Positions 13,201 through 28,200 of a DNA stretch of 64,000 nt are shown here, piece by piece. Source of the DNA: Oculina patagonica (taxonomy: Eukaryota); assembly GCF_052425735.1 (NCBI RefSeq), contig NC_135763.1:28706001-28770000 (forward strand). Reading direction: 5' to 3'. Every line of letters starts with the position of its first letter. The stretch's first letter is position 1. The notes under the pieces were generated by a model. It saw only the letters and a program-made list of their open reading frames with translations, made no database searches and was not told the origin of the DNA. A program made the position numbers and the translations under genes.

Positions 13201-16200
13201 TTGTAAATGTGACAAGTCACGTTTTTTCCACGAGATCGCGTGATCACCCACAGCGGAAAGTAATCCCTTGAGAAATTAAAATATTCCCTTGAGAAATTAA
13301 AAAAGTCCCTTGAGAGTAGACAAGAATGTTCCAAATTTTGCCCCACATAACTGCTATTCTCCTATTTTCGCTTGTAAACAAGCAAAAAAAGTCGCAAAAA
13401 TGACTAAACCAAGTCCCACTCCAAGAGAAGGGTAGTCATTTTGGTCAGAAAGACCTGTATCATTCAAAGTTATTACGTCAAGTTTAGTGATCCTATTCCT
13501 CAGCGAGAGAAAGTCAGTCATGTCAACTCACGATGACTAACTTGCAAGAGAATACAGTAGTGCTAAAAAAATTAGAGTTAAAAATTACAATCGAGTCTCC
13601 AGAGAGTTTTCTGTTGTTGTTGCAGCAAAGGATACCAACTACGTTAACGTACATATAACGCATGCTCCCGGATGTGTGGGGTCTAAGCGTAAGATGAACT
13701 TCATGGACAGCATTGGCCATTAACATGATTGGATCCGTCGGCGAAATCTGCCATAAACAAAGAATAAGTACAGTAGAATTCATTCAGAGGATACTGGGTG
13801 GAGAAGTTTCAGCGCTAGTTTACAAATTGTCAGGAATTTTTTATTTTCATTTTTTTTTCTCAGTGTTTAAAGGTCTGCTGATAGTGTAGTTCTTACTACA
13901 CACACACATTCTTAATAGGCCATTTCCGAGTTACCCTTTGCCTCTGTTTCAAAACGAGTCTACGTGCGAAAACTTTCAAATGAAAATGAGTTTGATTTGC
14001 AATGAAAATGTACCCGTAGGTGAAACTCATTTTCATATAAATGGTTTCGCAGTAGACTCGTTTTGAAATTGAGGCAAAGGGTAACTCGAAAATAACTTAT
14101 TGCCTGCGCGCCAAAAGGCACATACATAAACTCAACTTTAACTTAGTCCACACAGCGGTCAAACGCCGCGCGCGTGCGCATTTCCTACATGCGGAATTGC
14201 CGCCAAAAGTTTTCATACAGTCTTAAATTTTTCAAAAGCTTTTGCTTTAATAAAGCCAAAAGTTAACGCCGTCCCTGGAAAGTTAAGGTTTATACGACGC
14301 TTATGGATTGGAAATTTGATAATTGATCTCCACTGAGTTTCCTAGCTTGAAATTTTCTTTCACCGTGCTATTTCTATAACAATTTTTTGCAAACTGAAAG
14401 TTTGCACTCTTTCGAGTCAAATTCTTGGAGGTGACGTTGTTTTTGCGTTAAACCGCTGTGAACATGCATTCAGCAACATTAAAATAAATAAATAAGTGGT
14501 GATCCGATTAATCCATGAACTAAACAATAAAATAGCTATATTAAAATCATTTGACGGCGTTAAATGATTATAATTTAGCAGTTTTACTGCGAATTTCAGT
14601 TTTTCAACTTGCCTGTAATTCCTCAGGGTGCGATGAAAAGCACTGCACAAGGCGACTAGACTGCGTTCCACGTAAAATCACTGACAGGCGACTGCTCTGA
14701 CCTTGCACAGCGCTCATGTCAATTCTAAGACAACAAACAAGAAAGTATGAGCCAAATAAATTGAGATAAAGTACAATGAAGACTTAATTACACTGGGCAG
14801 TATTTCTTTTTAGCGCAACTTGCCTTTCAACTTTGGAGTGGTACATGTTGCGATTTTATAGGGGGGTACCCTGCGGGCTACCCCCTATTAAGGGGGGATA
14901 GAAATATTCCTAGCCGCTTAATGCAAACAGAATCCGGGATAAGCTCCAGCAAGTATAGGCCACTCGGCTCGAGGCTTCCCTTTCATTCATTTAAGTGCTA
15001 AGCGAATTACAATGCTTAAAAAAAATTAATAATAATAAAAATACATTGCTACATATATCATGGCTTATAAAAAGTGGCCATCGGCAAATCGTTCCACAGG
15101 CGGGGCAATGACTGAAAAAGCTCTGAGTCCATTGGTCTTTAAGTTGTAGGGCTCAATAGCCAATCGCCAATCGCCAAACGCAAAAACCCGCAACAGTTCT
15201 GTCAGACAACTGGGAGCTAAATTAATTAATCTTAAAAATAATTCTCTGCTCTACTGGTAACCAGTGTAGCTCCTTAAAGGATCCTAGTCAGCCTCCGCCA
15301 TTTTCGATGCCATCGAAGTTATGAAAACTGTTATGGTGAAGCGAAGTCTTATTGCATTGCTGTAAGTTGTTTTACTGAAAGTCTTTTTAATTATCTTTAG
15401 CAGTTTCACAGTGATCTCTTTCGTTTAGACACGCTCCGCGTAAAGTATAATACCAAAACTATCGTATGTTAACAAAAACAAGGGCGTGACTGACTAGGGT
15501 CCTTTAAGAGTGTTGGTAGCTGGTATAAAGGGCGAAGTTTCGTAATATTGAAAATCAAGATTGGATAAAGCAAAAAAATTGTGCAGAATCTTTCCTACCT
15601 TTGTAATGAATGTACATAGAGCTGCCATGTTTGACAAGGTTCGGCGAGGAAAGGATCTCTACAGGAAAATAAAGCAAACAAGAAATCAAAGGAAAATCAG
15701 CATTAATGTTAACTCTTTCACACAAGATTCGATTGAAACTTTCAGGATCTGAGAGAACTTACATGTACAAGAGAACGAAAAACCTCTTGACAGAGGGCGA
15801 AGGTCCACATGCGATCTTGAGAAAAACATCCTGCGGTTCACCTGTCGGCTAAAAAGTTGAAAAGCGAACACATAAGTTTTATTAAATTAGTAAGATTATA
15901 AGATTATTTGCGGAAAGTGCTGTGGCCTAATAGTAAGTGCGCTGGCCACGAGTGTTAATTTTAAAAAGTTGAGCCCGCGATCTAAATCAGAGGCATTCTC
16001 AGGCAACATGGAGAATCTTCGTGCCGACAACCTGACGTGACTACTTTCGGATGCTCCTGCTATGTCCTGATTGGACAACTAAGAATCGGAAACACTTCGG
16101 GGAATCTTCGGAAATGTCAATCCGACGTCGAAGATTTGCAATAGATACTTCCATTAGATACTTCCATTAAACAAGTGCAGGGACATCCTCTAAGTGACAA

Positions 16201-19200
16201 GTTATTTGTTTTGCAAGAAGTACGGTCTCACCATTTTCCTGGCTTCACAAACGGCATTTACGTCGCTGCATCGTACGTGAACTTGAGGTTGCGTATTTTC
16301 GTCCATCACCGGCGCTCCTGCATAAAGAAAACTCCACCAGTTGGCCATTTAATACTTACTTTACAACACTTCGAACAAGTCAGAGATAACCGTATAAAGC
16401 CTAAGTAAATTGGATTCCATACATCGAAAATCGACTTTTGATTGGAAGCATTTGAATTCCTGATGACGTGGTGAACCGAACGAAAGGCCACGCACAGAAG
16501 AAACAGATTAAAAATGAAAAAAAAAAATTGCAAACGAGACACTGTTGCGGACACAAATGTTTTCATGTTTGCCTACACGCACAACATTAGTTGCGGACAC
16601 AAAAGTTTTTAGAAACATTATGTCCGAAAGAAATATTTCTCAGTAAGTTTTCGCAGCATGGACTCAAAACATTTGGTTTGTGACCCACTCGTTTGCTCAC
16701 CCAATAAACATCATGAACAACAATGTGTTCCTTTCTTTTCAAATGACTGGGAAAATACTGCCACTGCCAGTTGCCCAACAATCCAAACCACGTCTGTGAT
16801 GGAGGTTACACTTCGGGTTCGGGTAACGCTTTCAGACGTCCACGTTTTCGATGGATAGAATTGGGGTTTTAGGGATAGCAGACAACCGATTAAAAAGTAT
16901 ACGTTTTCAGACAATAGCGACCTTCAGATTTGACTACGAGTACAAGATTGAGTACGAGTACGAGTTTTCAAACCAAATTCATGCGCCTCCTATAATCACT
17001 TATCACACCAATCTTATCCCTAACGTTTATTTATGTGTTAGTCAGCAACAGGAAAGAGTTATAGTTCGGGGGAAACAAGTGTGTCGAAATTCCAAAGTCG
17101 TACTCGATCTCGTACTCGTAGTCAAATCTGAAGGTCGCTTATATTGTGGTCGGGACGTAAGCTGATTACTCTTCACGCGGTCAATTTCGATTCAAGGCAA
17201 GGCAATGTTTGTGATTGGTTGTTGCTCATTTTTGATTTTCGCGAGCAAGTTTAAACCAATCAAAGACAAATACGCCGTGCTACGTCACCAGTATGGTATT
17301 TTTTGAGTCCGATCTGCGAGGGGCGAGTGTTTTTTTTACTTTCGAGATGTGAAAGCTCATTACAGGCTTTTACTGACCTGGTAGGGATCGCCAGGGAGGT
17401 AGTCGGATGGTCTTCTTTAAGAATGACTGTTCCGCGTGGTAGAACCTGAATGTCCTGTCTATCACATGAGGTCGAGGCTCCACTTGTACGGTCAGGATGG
17501 CCACAGGACACTCGTCCTTGTTCATGAATGACACCTGGGGGGAGGGGTAAAGCAGATAACATTTCAGTTCCTGATAGAGTTGACTGTGAATATTTCATTC
17601 CTTTTTTGACTTATGGATCGTCAAATTGGGAGCGACCAACACGAGAGAGGAAGAAAAAAATTCTGTAAGGCCGTATACGGGGAGTAGTGAAATCTAGCAT
17701 TCTACCATTTTAAAATGTTTCTCTCAGGAGCTTAATTGTCTAAACTGGTACATGGAGCTTAAACATCAGTGTAACTTCTTTACAACCTAAGCTTTAACTT
17801 TCCCTTGTAATCTTTTATACAAAGGCAAAAACAAAGGCCACCGATGGTGCGACAAGAACCTAAATCTTTTACCGTTCATGTGCACTTAACGGCACCATCA
17901 AAGCCGTTTTTACCAGTAAAGAAACTTCGTATGCATTTCGTTTGCGCTTCCGCTTGTTTCGCTCTATAATTGCTTCAAAAACTTCATGCCACGACCTTAA
18001 CCAATCAGAGCAAGCACGTCGCACAAGCTTAGCCAATCGTGACGACTTAGTACAGGCACGTTTTCCCGCGATCGGCGCCGGTTGCGTGGTTTCCCGCGCT
18101 TGGCACGCTTCGAGTTGTGATTGGTTCATTGCGTTCTTTGCATTCACTGTGATTGGTTAGATGTGATTGAATTTTCCGACAACCGTTCAAACACTGCCTT
18201 AACTGCCAGTACCTACTGTTTTGATCTTAAAGACAGGCACAGTTTTTTCACCTTAATTTGACGTGGTTTCAGATTGTTTTCCTCTGAAGTGCTTGTCTTT
18301 AGATAAGTCTGTGTCTGCTGTTTGAGCGGGTGAGAAGGACCCTGTGGAGGTGAAAGGGGAATTGATTAAAAAGAATTTCTCCTCACAATGTCAATGAGAA
18401 AAAAAGAAAATCATCAACCATAGGACTGTCTTTACCTGTTCAGGGACGCTTTGATCCGCTCTGAAGGTCTGGAACTTAAACGGAATGTGCACGGTCTCCC
18501 TGGGTCTTAGGAACACTTGTGGGTAGGGGCTGGTAGAGGCAGTGTCAAACATGTTCTCTTCTAGAGCTGAAAAGGAACATTTCATTTTTTTATCCTTCTG
18601 ACACAAAACAAAGGGCACAACGGATAACATGCGGACTAATGTGTATAACAACGCAACTCGAGTTGTCAAATGCCCAAATCAGGGCAAACCATTTCGTTTT
18701 TACTCCAAAACAGATCGTAAGTCTCTTGTGAAGAAGATAGCTTGATGACATAGGGAATTTATTTCTATATTTGCAGTGACATGTCTTTTTCATGTATCTT
18801 AATTAGTTGAAAGCAACCGAGAAAGGTTAAACCAGAACTAAGCAAGCCGATGTTACCTGAACGAGTCTCTGTTTTCCTCTTAAAATGTCGCCACTCTCTG
18901 GTGTCTGTTACTACTCTGTGAAAAACAACGAAACGTTCTCCTTTTAAGCATTTTCAACTTGTAATAAATGACTGCAATGTTCCTTTGGCGAAGTAAACTG
19001 GTACGGCAATTCAACGGCATATCAAACTTGAGTGCTTAGCTGCCAGATTTTATCAACTACAAAATGGTATGTTCCCTACAGACTACAGTACAGAGATTGG
19101 AAATGGAACAGTAGTTTATTAATCTTTAAGTAAGTTAATGCTAGACAATGCAATACAAATAAAGATTGAACCATTTTCATTTATTCGCTACAGATATCTT

Positions 19201-22200
19201 TATTGTAGTGAAAAGGGTAGTCAAAAAGTCAATAAAATTACTGGTAGAAGTTTATGACTTGTTCATGGCTGAGAGAAAGCCAAGATTAAAATGATAGACT
19301 GATTTTCTAGGCTTGAAGACTTTACCTTACAAAACTACTGGATAAAAGGACTGGTTTATAAAGACAAGACACTAAGTTTACATACCTGAGTTCGTTGTCA
19401 TCGCAGTGAATGGTAATAGTTTGTTCTGTGGAGTAAGGATTTCTCAACACAAACTCAAAAAACTCTGCTGTGCCGAATGACGGATAGATTGTGTGACTAG
19501 TCGTGATATTACCCGCCAATGAAGAGATGATCTTTTCATGTCTAAGCTTCTCTCTGTAAACGGGAACGAATGAAAATTAATACAACATACTGGTAAAAGC
19601 CAAGCAAAAAAAGATTTTTGAGAGAAGAGAAATTTCCTTTGCACTAATTCAGGGAGTTAAGTCCCGATTTTGAGCCACTATTGCGTTATGCGAAGTAACC
19701 TTCGAATAAAGAAAACCTCATTACGAAAGACTACAAGAAAAAAATTCCTAAGACAAACTAAACAACAAAGGCTGAATTCAATTCAAAATAATCTAAATTT
19801 TCCGAGATCGGCCACCATGGGTGAAGAAGTAGCTTCTTTAAATGACAGGAGCTATTTATTTTCTGGTCGACCTGGTCTGGGCGAAAAGAGGCACTGCGAA
19901 ACAAATGCTCCCAGCTCAGCTTGCCAAAAAAGCCGCATTTTTTGTCACTTAGAGAGCTGTCTTTTAAAAAGAACACTTACCAGGCTTGTACTAAAGAACT
20001 AACCAATAAGTCACTTTGTTTCATAGCTAATTATGAGACCAGTTCTAGCCCTCGCCTCGCTACGTAACGTTCTTTTTCATGAACGTAGCACTTCGTGATA
20101 GAGAGACAGGGTCAGAAATTAACTAAACATCCTTTGCAAATGTAATGTGTATAGAAATACTTTGAAGTGAAGAAGATTTCAAGATGATTTTACCAACCTG
20201 TAAAGCTGAATAGTTTTGAGGTCTCTTGCTCTTTGTAGCTTTTCCTCCTTTTGAATCTAACAAGAAGAGTTTAATGTTTTTGTTACACTGTACTGAAACT
20301 TGATGTAGAGTGCCTAACAATAAATGAAGCAAATATGTATTTCCGGGAAACAGTCAACTAACTTACTAAACGAAAACACAGTCAACTTACTATTAAATTT
20401 CCTGTCGAATTATCAGCTCCTTGAATTTGCCGAACTGCCTGCATTCTTTCAAGTTTTCTAGGAGACAAATGTGTACAACATGATGAAAAAGTGTCTCAAT
20501 TTTTTTTCAGCAGAAATACTTTAACAAATGACTTTTTTTAATCAGTAAAAGAGATTTTTGGCAAAGAAAAACATACTACACATTTTCATAAATTCATTCG
20601 CTCAAGTTTCCCAAGTTCACCCAAAATTCACCGTGGACATGTAGATCATCGACACGTAGGATTTGACGGTTGACTTCAGCAACCTCGCATGAGGTTTTTA
20701 AGCGTACATCTTTCAAGAATTTGTTTCCCATAGAATTTAATTATTTGGCAGTAGACTCGTTCACACAGTCTTTAGTTTCTAAAATAAGACGGCCTAAAAA
20801 CCGTAACAAAGTTCTGCTCTGTTCTCAAACAAAGTACATGTAACAAAAAAAGGATATCACATCATTGTCTAAATGTATATATGTAGTGGTTCAATTTTAT
20901 CATTGGTTTAAATTTTATTTTCCTTTGTTTAAAACAAAGGAAAATTAAATTTGAACCAAGGATAAAATTGAACCACAACATACATTGTAAAATTCCCTTG
21001 TCCGCTTCAACCACTTTAAGTTAATGGAAAGTGACTCAGACAAAAACTTAAACAAGCAACTAATTAGACATACAGACCTTTTCCTGATGGCATCAGCTTC
21101 TCTCACTGGTTGATCATCTTTAGCTATTTTTTCCTGTCTACTAAACAGAACTGCCGCAAGTTCTGCATCACATTCAGCCATTTGCTTGGCTTTGAGTTTA
21201 GTCATCTTGTTTCCTTTGAAGAAAATTTAAACGAACTAAATGTTATAAGGCCTACATCATAGTTGGCGCCTCTTAAAATATTGAGCCTAAATTTTAAGGT
21301 CGTGGTTAGGATTCTGCCTCAATCTTTTGTAATCTTAACCTGGTTTCCGTTTACTGGAAACCAGAATGAAAGAACATCAATCGAGGAATTCGTCAGCCAT
21401 TCACGAAGAATTGCCGACTGGAGGGCCACTCGGTAGACACAAGCAAGACAAAAGTGTTAGCCACCGAAATCAACACCTTTAAACGCCGGGTGAAAGAGGC
21501 CATTGAGATAAAAAAGAAAACCTTTGTTAAGGTGATTCCACGGAATTGCATTGCGCATCCTTGCTGCGCATAAGTTTTCGCGTCATTTAGCGCGCGCACA
21601 CAGAACACTACGAGATTCCCTTCAGGCTAAGCTCATTAGGGAAATAAATGGTCGTTTTCTCTTAAACGAGCACGGTGACCCCCATTTTTAATGCATTTAT
21701 TTAAATGTCATACGGTTGTCTACAATATATCGCGATTTAAAGAAAAGTTAAAAATTCTACATTGAGATATTTTAATTTTAATGCCGTAAAAAACAGGTTT
21801 TAAGGTAGTGCCGTTAACGTGCGCACAAACCAAAATCTTTAATTTCTTTCATTATCTTAATTCCTGTACAATAAGAATAGTTTTTAATATAAGATCAAAG
21901 TCTATTTTGTTGAACTAGACTAATACTTTAATGCAAAAATGATTTTTTTCTAGAAACAAAAGTTCCCAATTCGGATTTCTAGGGTTCCTAATATGTACCT
22001 CGCGGGTCGTATATTTACTATAATGCCCATCCATTTCACACAAAAACTAGCGCGGTGACCCCCATTTTTTATTTCATTTTTTTAATGCTCATAACATAAT
22101 TGTAACCTGGACCAAGTTTCAGAAAATTTTTAATACTCCTTCTATTTCAGTGGAATCACCTTAAATAGAGACAATGGTTTTGAATTAGATCCAATTTAAT

Positions 22201-25200
22201 GAGAATAGATATGTTACTTCACCATTTACTGGTTATTTTCATTTCGATTGAGAAGATATATCAAACACAAGAGAAAGTGCTTCACCACATTTCCAAACAA
22301 CTTTTATTTTGTCACTAATACTCTGCTACGTGTCATAATTTTAGCTCTCTTTTACGGTTTGGTTATACAATGAATAACTTTTCTCGTGTTTGAAATGTTA
22401 CTCTAGAGGGTATACATCCTGTTGAATGTCCAAAGAAGTTTTCTTTTAAGCCTTCTGTGCTTTCTTGTGCCTTTTACATGTGATTTTTTTTCTTAATTCA
22501 GTACATGAAGTGACAAAACTATATTTCACCAAAGCATTCCCATATGTGTCACACACTGCATAAGACATAAAAAAACAAATAGACAGGTCTTAACCGCCAC
22601 TAACCTGTCAGTCCATTGGCTGTTCCTGATTCTCTCACAGTTTCTGATATCACAACAGTAGAATGCTTCTTGGGAACTGTACCTGAAGTGAAATATATAC
22701 CAGTGATACAGAAATCACAATGATTGTATTACAATGTGTGGCATTGTAAACTTTTGTCAGGGTATATGTCATGTTACAAAACCGAGTTAAAGTGAAACTA
22801 AAGAAATATTCTCTTTATCCCATCCCCCTCCCTCATTTTGTTGTCATCGCTATTGTCATCACTATCATCATCACTTCATCATCATCATCATCATCGTCAT
22901 TATTTGTGATAAACAGAGAACTGGACACAAAAGGAAACCAACTTACCTAGCTTGCCTTTTGGTCCTTCACTGGGGTGCCCAATGTTTGCTATGCGAAGAT
23001 GAAGCTTGGCTTCCACTGCAGACTTGATACCAAATGGCCGAATGGTCCCAGTGCGAGTCTAAAGATGATGAAGGGAATTTGTAGAAAACAAATGCCATAT
23101 TAAAGTTGTGAATTCCCCTCCCAGATAAAAGCCCCCCACTCTTACTAACTTATATTCTCAGAACATGGTCAACTTCAAATAGAAAATAAGGATTCAATAA
23201 TACAAGCAGAGTGCAGAACAAAATGTTTAATAAAAAAAGATAAAAAATTATGAAAAAAATATTGGAGTATCTGCTCAATGTTTTCCATACAAGTGTATAA
23301 CTTATAGCCCTGTGTACAGCATTTCTCTTCAACTTCACTTGTTATAAAAGGTGTTGTTACTTAAAATTTGAATGTATTGATAATACTATGAAAATATTAT
23401 GAAAAACCAATAATCATTTCATAAAGAGTTCCCCTTACCATGTCTCCAGCTTGTGTTGGTGACTCTTCTGAAATCTCACTGGAAACAACGTCCAATTCAT
23501 GCGCCACAATCACAGCTTCACGACCTTGACGCAACAAGCGCTGGAAAGAAATTAATGGATTATAGCGGCAATGCACTTAGCATTGAGCTAACTAAACTCC
23601 ATGCCACTCAAACAGACACAACAAATAAATGATTACAAATTAAAAATAATCATAACATGGTTAAAAATCCTAACTGGCAGGAGGCAGATTAGATGGCTAT
23701 TAACAAAGTGTGATTGAAGGAGTTGAGCATGGGACTTTTGTGAAACAAGGATTACAAGAGGCAAAAATACTGATAATAAAAGGGATCAAATATGTGCCAA
23801 CTTTGATGTAAAAATTGCCAGGAAATTTGATGATGATTATTGCAGTGCTGGAAATTACTGTCGGTCATCGGACATTGTCCGATCAAATATGCTAAAATAT
23901 CCGGCCAATTTTGCAATATGTTCGGACATGATGTCCGAGAACTTACAGTATGTGACTACGTCTTGGAAAATTTTTAACATGTTTGATTTAAAATGTGAAG
24001 TAATGTCCGACCAATTTTCTAATATGTCCGTTCAAAATAAAAGTTTGGAAGAACACATGTCCTGTTAAGTAAGAAAAATTATTTCCAGCACTGTTATTAG
24101 TACTCATTTGTTCTCATTTGCAAACAAAAGCCCATTTTGAGACTGTCTTACAAAACAGAGGCATGGATAACCAGTCAAAGCCTGCTATGTGCTCAAAATC
24201 TGAATTCTCTATACTGAATGCCATACATTTCTTTAAATGTTAGTTCTGAGAACATGGTGTAACATTAAGAAAATGCCCCCTAGTTGATACTTTTCTTTAT
24301 TCTGATCTCATGTCTGCTTGACATTGCGTTGATATGGTCAAGAAAAAAGTTAAGTCTTTGTTAGAACCTAGTGGCCCATCATGCCGCAGTTAATTCCCAT
24401 CACACCACAACTAATTCCGGTTTCAGTACCAGAAAGTGACTAAGAGTATTTCCACTCCATTCCCTGGATGGAATGCTAGTCCATTGCAGGGTTACCCTCA
24501 GCATTAAATTTGCCAGTTCCCATTTATTCATTTAGGTCCTAAATTTTTTAATTCACTTCCACCTGAAATTTCGGGCTCTTCATCACTGGCATCTTTTAAA
24601 AGAAAACTTAAAGCATATATTATTGATAACTATTAACTCCGTCTTCTATTAAGTCTTGTCATTACTTCAGTACCTGAACCAGTCATCTGTTTTGCTTGTG
24701 AGGGAACCTAAGCTTACAAGCCCCATGGTTTTTTATTAGGTTCCCTCACCATTTTGTTTCTAATCTTATATTATATTGTAGTGTTGTATATTAATTATTA
24801 TCTTGTATATTGATTTTGTATTATCTATTTTTTCATAATTATATTTTTTGTTTGTGTGGCAAAATAAATAAATAAATAAAAAAAATAAAAAAATTCATCT
24901 GGGTGGAGAGAGGCACTGTGATAGAGTGTCCTCCAGCCCAAGAACACAACACAATGACCCACACCTGTTGATCCAGAGTCCACTATGCTAATCATTACGC
25001 CACCACACCTCTCACTGATCCCTCTTACAGGCTTCATTAGCAGTATAAATTTATTACCTTTAGCGGCAGTGTGGTAGAGCCAATAAGGAGGAGTGAGTCG
25101 CCATCCCAGACATCAATGTGTAATGCCTGCCCTAGAAGATATTGACTGAACACACGGCCCTCTCCAGGTTGCATATATGAAGGGTCCACCATATAACGCA

Positions 25201-28200
25201 ACTGAAAGACAAAAAAATAACCAATACTTCATGAACTAGGGAAATATTTGCAGAATTTATGGTTCTAGAAACAGCCATACCCAACCCTTGGCAAGTCGTT
25301 GCAAATACCAAGGGGGTGGGGAAGTTTGTTATTGGAATTTTAAGGTGTTTAACACACTGATGCGCATCTTACCATCAGTCCTGGAGATTCATCTGAAAGT
25401 GATCCATCTTTGTTGAACTTTTGTAACACACAAGGAATGCCTTGGGATTGACTGTCAGTGTCCTTGAGGTACACCCTAGGAAATTCAATTGTAATAGTAA
25501 CATATCAGCACTAATCATTAAATTTTTCCATAACCTGCTATTGCTGCATATAACACTGTTATCAAATGTATTTGCTAAAAACCTAACATGCCATGTCGAA
25601 GCCCTACTGTGCAGCAAGTCAAAATAAAGAGCAGTAACATTAATTTGTATTTATAAATTTATACAAACCTTTCAGTGGTGACTTGAGGAAAACGATAAAA
25701 TTGGAATGAGAAAAAGGTAGTCCTGTTGTAGCACCTTAAAAGAATAAAAAAGTAATATTTGAAATTAAAGTAGAAGAACATGCACTTGTAATTGAGAGGG
25801 AAGGAGAAAGCAAGGGAGGAAGGGTGGGAGGAAGGATGGAAGTGAGGGAGGGTGGAAGGAAGGAAGGATGGATGGGAGGGAAGGAGGGTGGAAGGAAGGA
25901 AAGATGTGGAAGGATGGAAGGGAGAGAGGAAGGAAGAATGGAAGGGTGGAAGGAAGGATGGAANNNNNNNNNNNNNNNNNNNNNNNNNNNNNNNNNNNNN
26001 NNNNNNNNNNNNNNNNNNNNNNNNNNNNNNNNNNNNNNNNNNNNNNNNNNNNNNNNNNNNNNNNNNNNNNNNNNNNNNNNNNNNNNNNNNNNNNNNNNNN
26101 NNNNNNNNNNNNNNNNNNNNNNNNNNNNNNNNNNNNNNNNNNNNNNNNNNNNNNNNNNNNNNNNNNNNNNNNNNNNNNNNNNNNNNNNNNNCGAAGGGTG
26201 GAAGGATGGAAGGGTGGAAGGAAGAATGGAANNNNNNNNNNNNNNNNNNNNNNNNNNNNNNNNNNNNNNNNNNNNNNNNNNNNNNNNNNNNNNNNNNNNN
26301 NNNNNNNNNNNNNNNNNNNNNNNNNNNNNNNNNNNNNNNNNNNNNNNNNNNNNNNNNNNNNNNNNGGAAGGGTGGAAGGGTGGAAGGATGGAAGGGTGAA
26401 AGGAAGAATGGAANNNNNNNNNNNNNNNNNNNNNNNNNNNNNNNNNNNNNNNNNNNNNNNNNNNNNNNNNNNNNNNNNNNNNNNNNNNNNNNNNNNNNNN
26501 NNNNNNNNNNNNNNNNNNNNNNNNNNNNNNNNNNNNNNNNNNNNNNNNNNNNNNNNNNNNNNNNNNNNNNNNNNNNNNNNNNNNNNNNNNNNNNNNNNNN
26601 NNNNNNNNNNNNNNNNNNNNNNNNNNNNNNNNNNNNNNNNNNNNNNNNNNNNNNNNNNNNNNNNNNNNNNNNNGGAAGAAAGGANNNNNNNNNNNNNNNN
26701 NNNNNNNNNNNNNNNNNNNNNNNNNNNNNNNNNNNNNNNNNNNNNNNNNNNNNNNNNNNNNNNNNNNNNNNNNNNNNNNNNNNNNNNNNNNNNNNNNNNN
26801 NNNNNNNNNNNNNNNNNNNNNNNNNNNNNNNNNNNNNNNNNNNNNAAGGAAGGACGGACAGATGGAAAGGGAGGGAGGAAGGGAGGGTGGAAGGGAGCGA
26901 GGGTGGAAGGATGGATGGAGGGAAGGGAGGGAGGGATGGATGGGAGGAAGGATGGAAGAGAGGGAGGGTGGAAGGATGGACGGAAGGGAGGGAGGAAGGA
27001 GGGAGGGTGGAAGAATGGGTGGATGGATGGNNNNNNNNNNNNNNNNNNNNNNNNNNNNNNNNNNNNNNNNNNNNNNNNNNNNNNNNNNNNNNNNNNNNNN
27101 NNNNNNNNNNNNNNNNNNNNNNNNNNNNNNNNNNNNNNNNNNNNNNNNNNNNNNNNNNNNNNNNNNNNNNNNNNNNNNNNNNNNNNNGATGTAAGGGAGG
27201 GAGGGTGGAAGGAAAGATGGNNNNNNNNNNNNNNNNNNNNNNNNNNNNNNNNNNNNNNNNNNNNNNNNNNNNNNNNNNNNNNNNNNNNNNNNNNNNNNNN
27301 NNNNNNNNNNNNNNNNNNNNNNNNNNNNNNNNNNNNNNNNNNNNNNNNNNNNNNNNNNNNNNNNNNNNNNNNNNNNNNNNNNNNNNNNNNNNNNNNNNNN
27401 NNNNNNNNNNNNNNNNNNNNNNNNNNNNNNNNNNNNNNNNNNNNNNNNNNNNNNNNNNNNNNNNNNNNNNNNNAGGTAGAAGGAAGGAAGGAAGCACGCA
27501 AGCAAGCATAGAATTAAGCGGGTAAGGAGGAAAGCAAGGGAAAAAAGAAGGGAGGGAGGGGGTAAGCGAAGGAAGGAAGGCAGGGAGGGAGGGGAAAAAC
27601 AAGCACGTAAGGACGGAAGGATGGGCAGACAGACGTTAGTAAAGAAGCAAAAAAGCAAGCGGGCAAGGAGGAAAGCAAGGAAGAAATGGAGGGTCAGAGG
27701 AGGAAAGGGAAAGAAGCAGGGAGGTAGGGAGTGAGGAAGAAAGAACACAAACAAAGAAGAAAACAACACAAATCAGTGCACAAGTTAATCAACAGCCCTT
27801 TAAAACTTGCCATACCTCGACAGTGCAAGAAACTGGATGATAATTTCATTGCCAAGAAGTTGATCCATTCCTTCAGTGTCTAAGTGTAACGGCAATTCCT
27901 CTTTGGGATCAATTACTTGAGGAGGGCTGCCACGACGATCAACAATTGATGGAAATCCAGCACTAGAAAGTCTCGCATAGGCAGCACGAGTCATTGTTGT
28001 TGGTCCACTAAAATAAAACATAAGAATACCTTAGAATACTGTACTCCAAAGCTTGTGATCCTAACAATTTTTTTTAAGAAAACTCTGCAGGAAACCTCTG
28101 TCATGCAGACAATTCTTGTAAATTGGGTCAGGCACCTTTTTGTAGTGGAAGGTATTTATTTAATGTTTAGAATTTGAAGACTCAAAATCTATCCACAAAT

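Noticed and set aside
25659-27769. Long 547-677 aa ORFs on both strands
   Set aside because: They translate a GA-rich microsatellite and N runs. Only 25669-25734 is a real NPHP4 exon.
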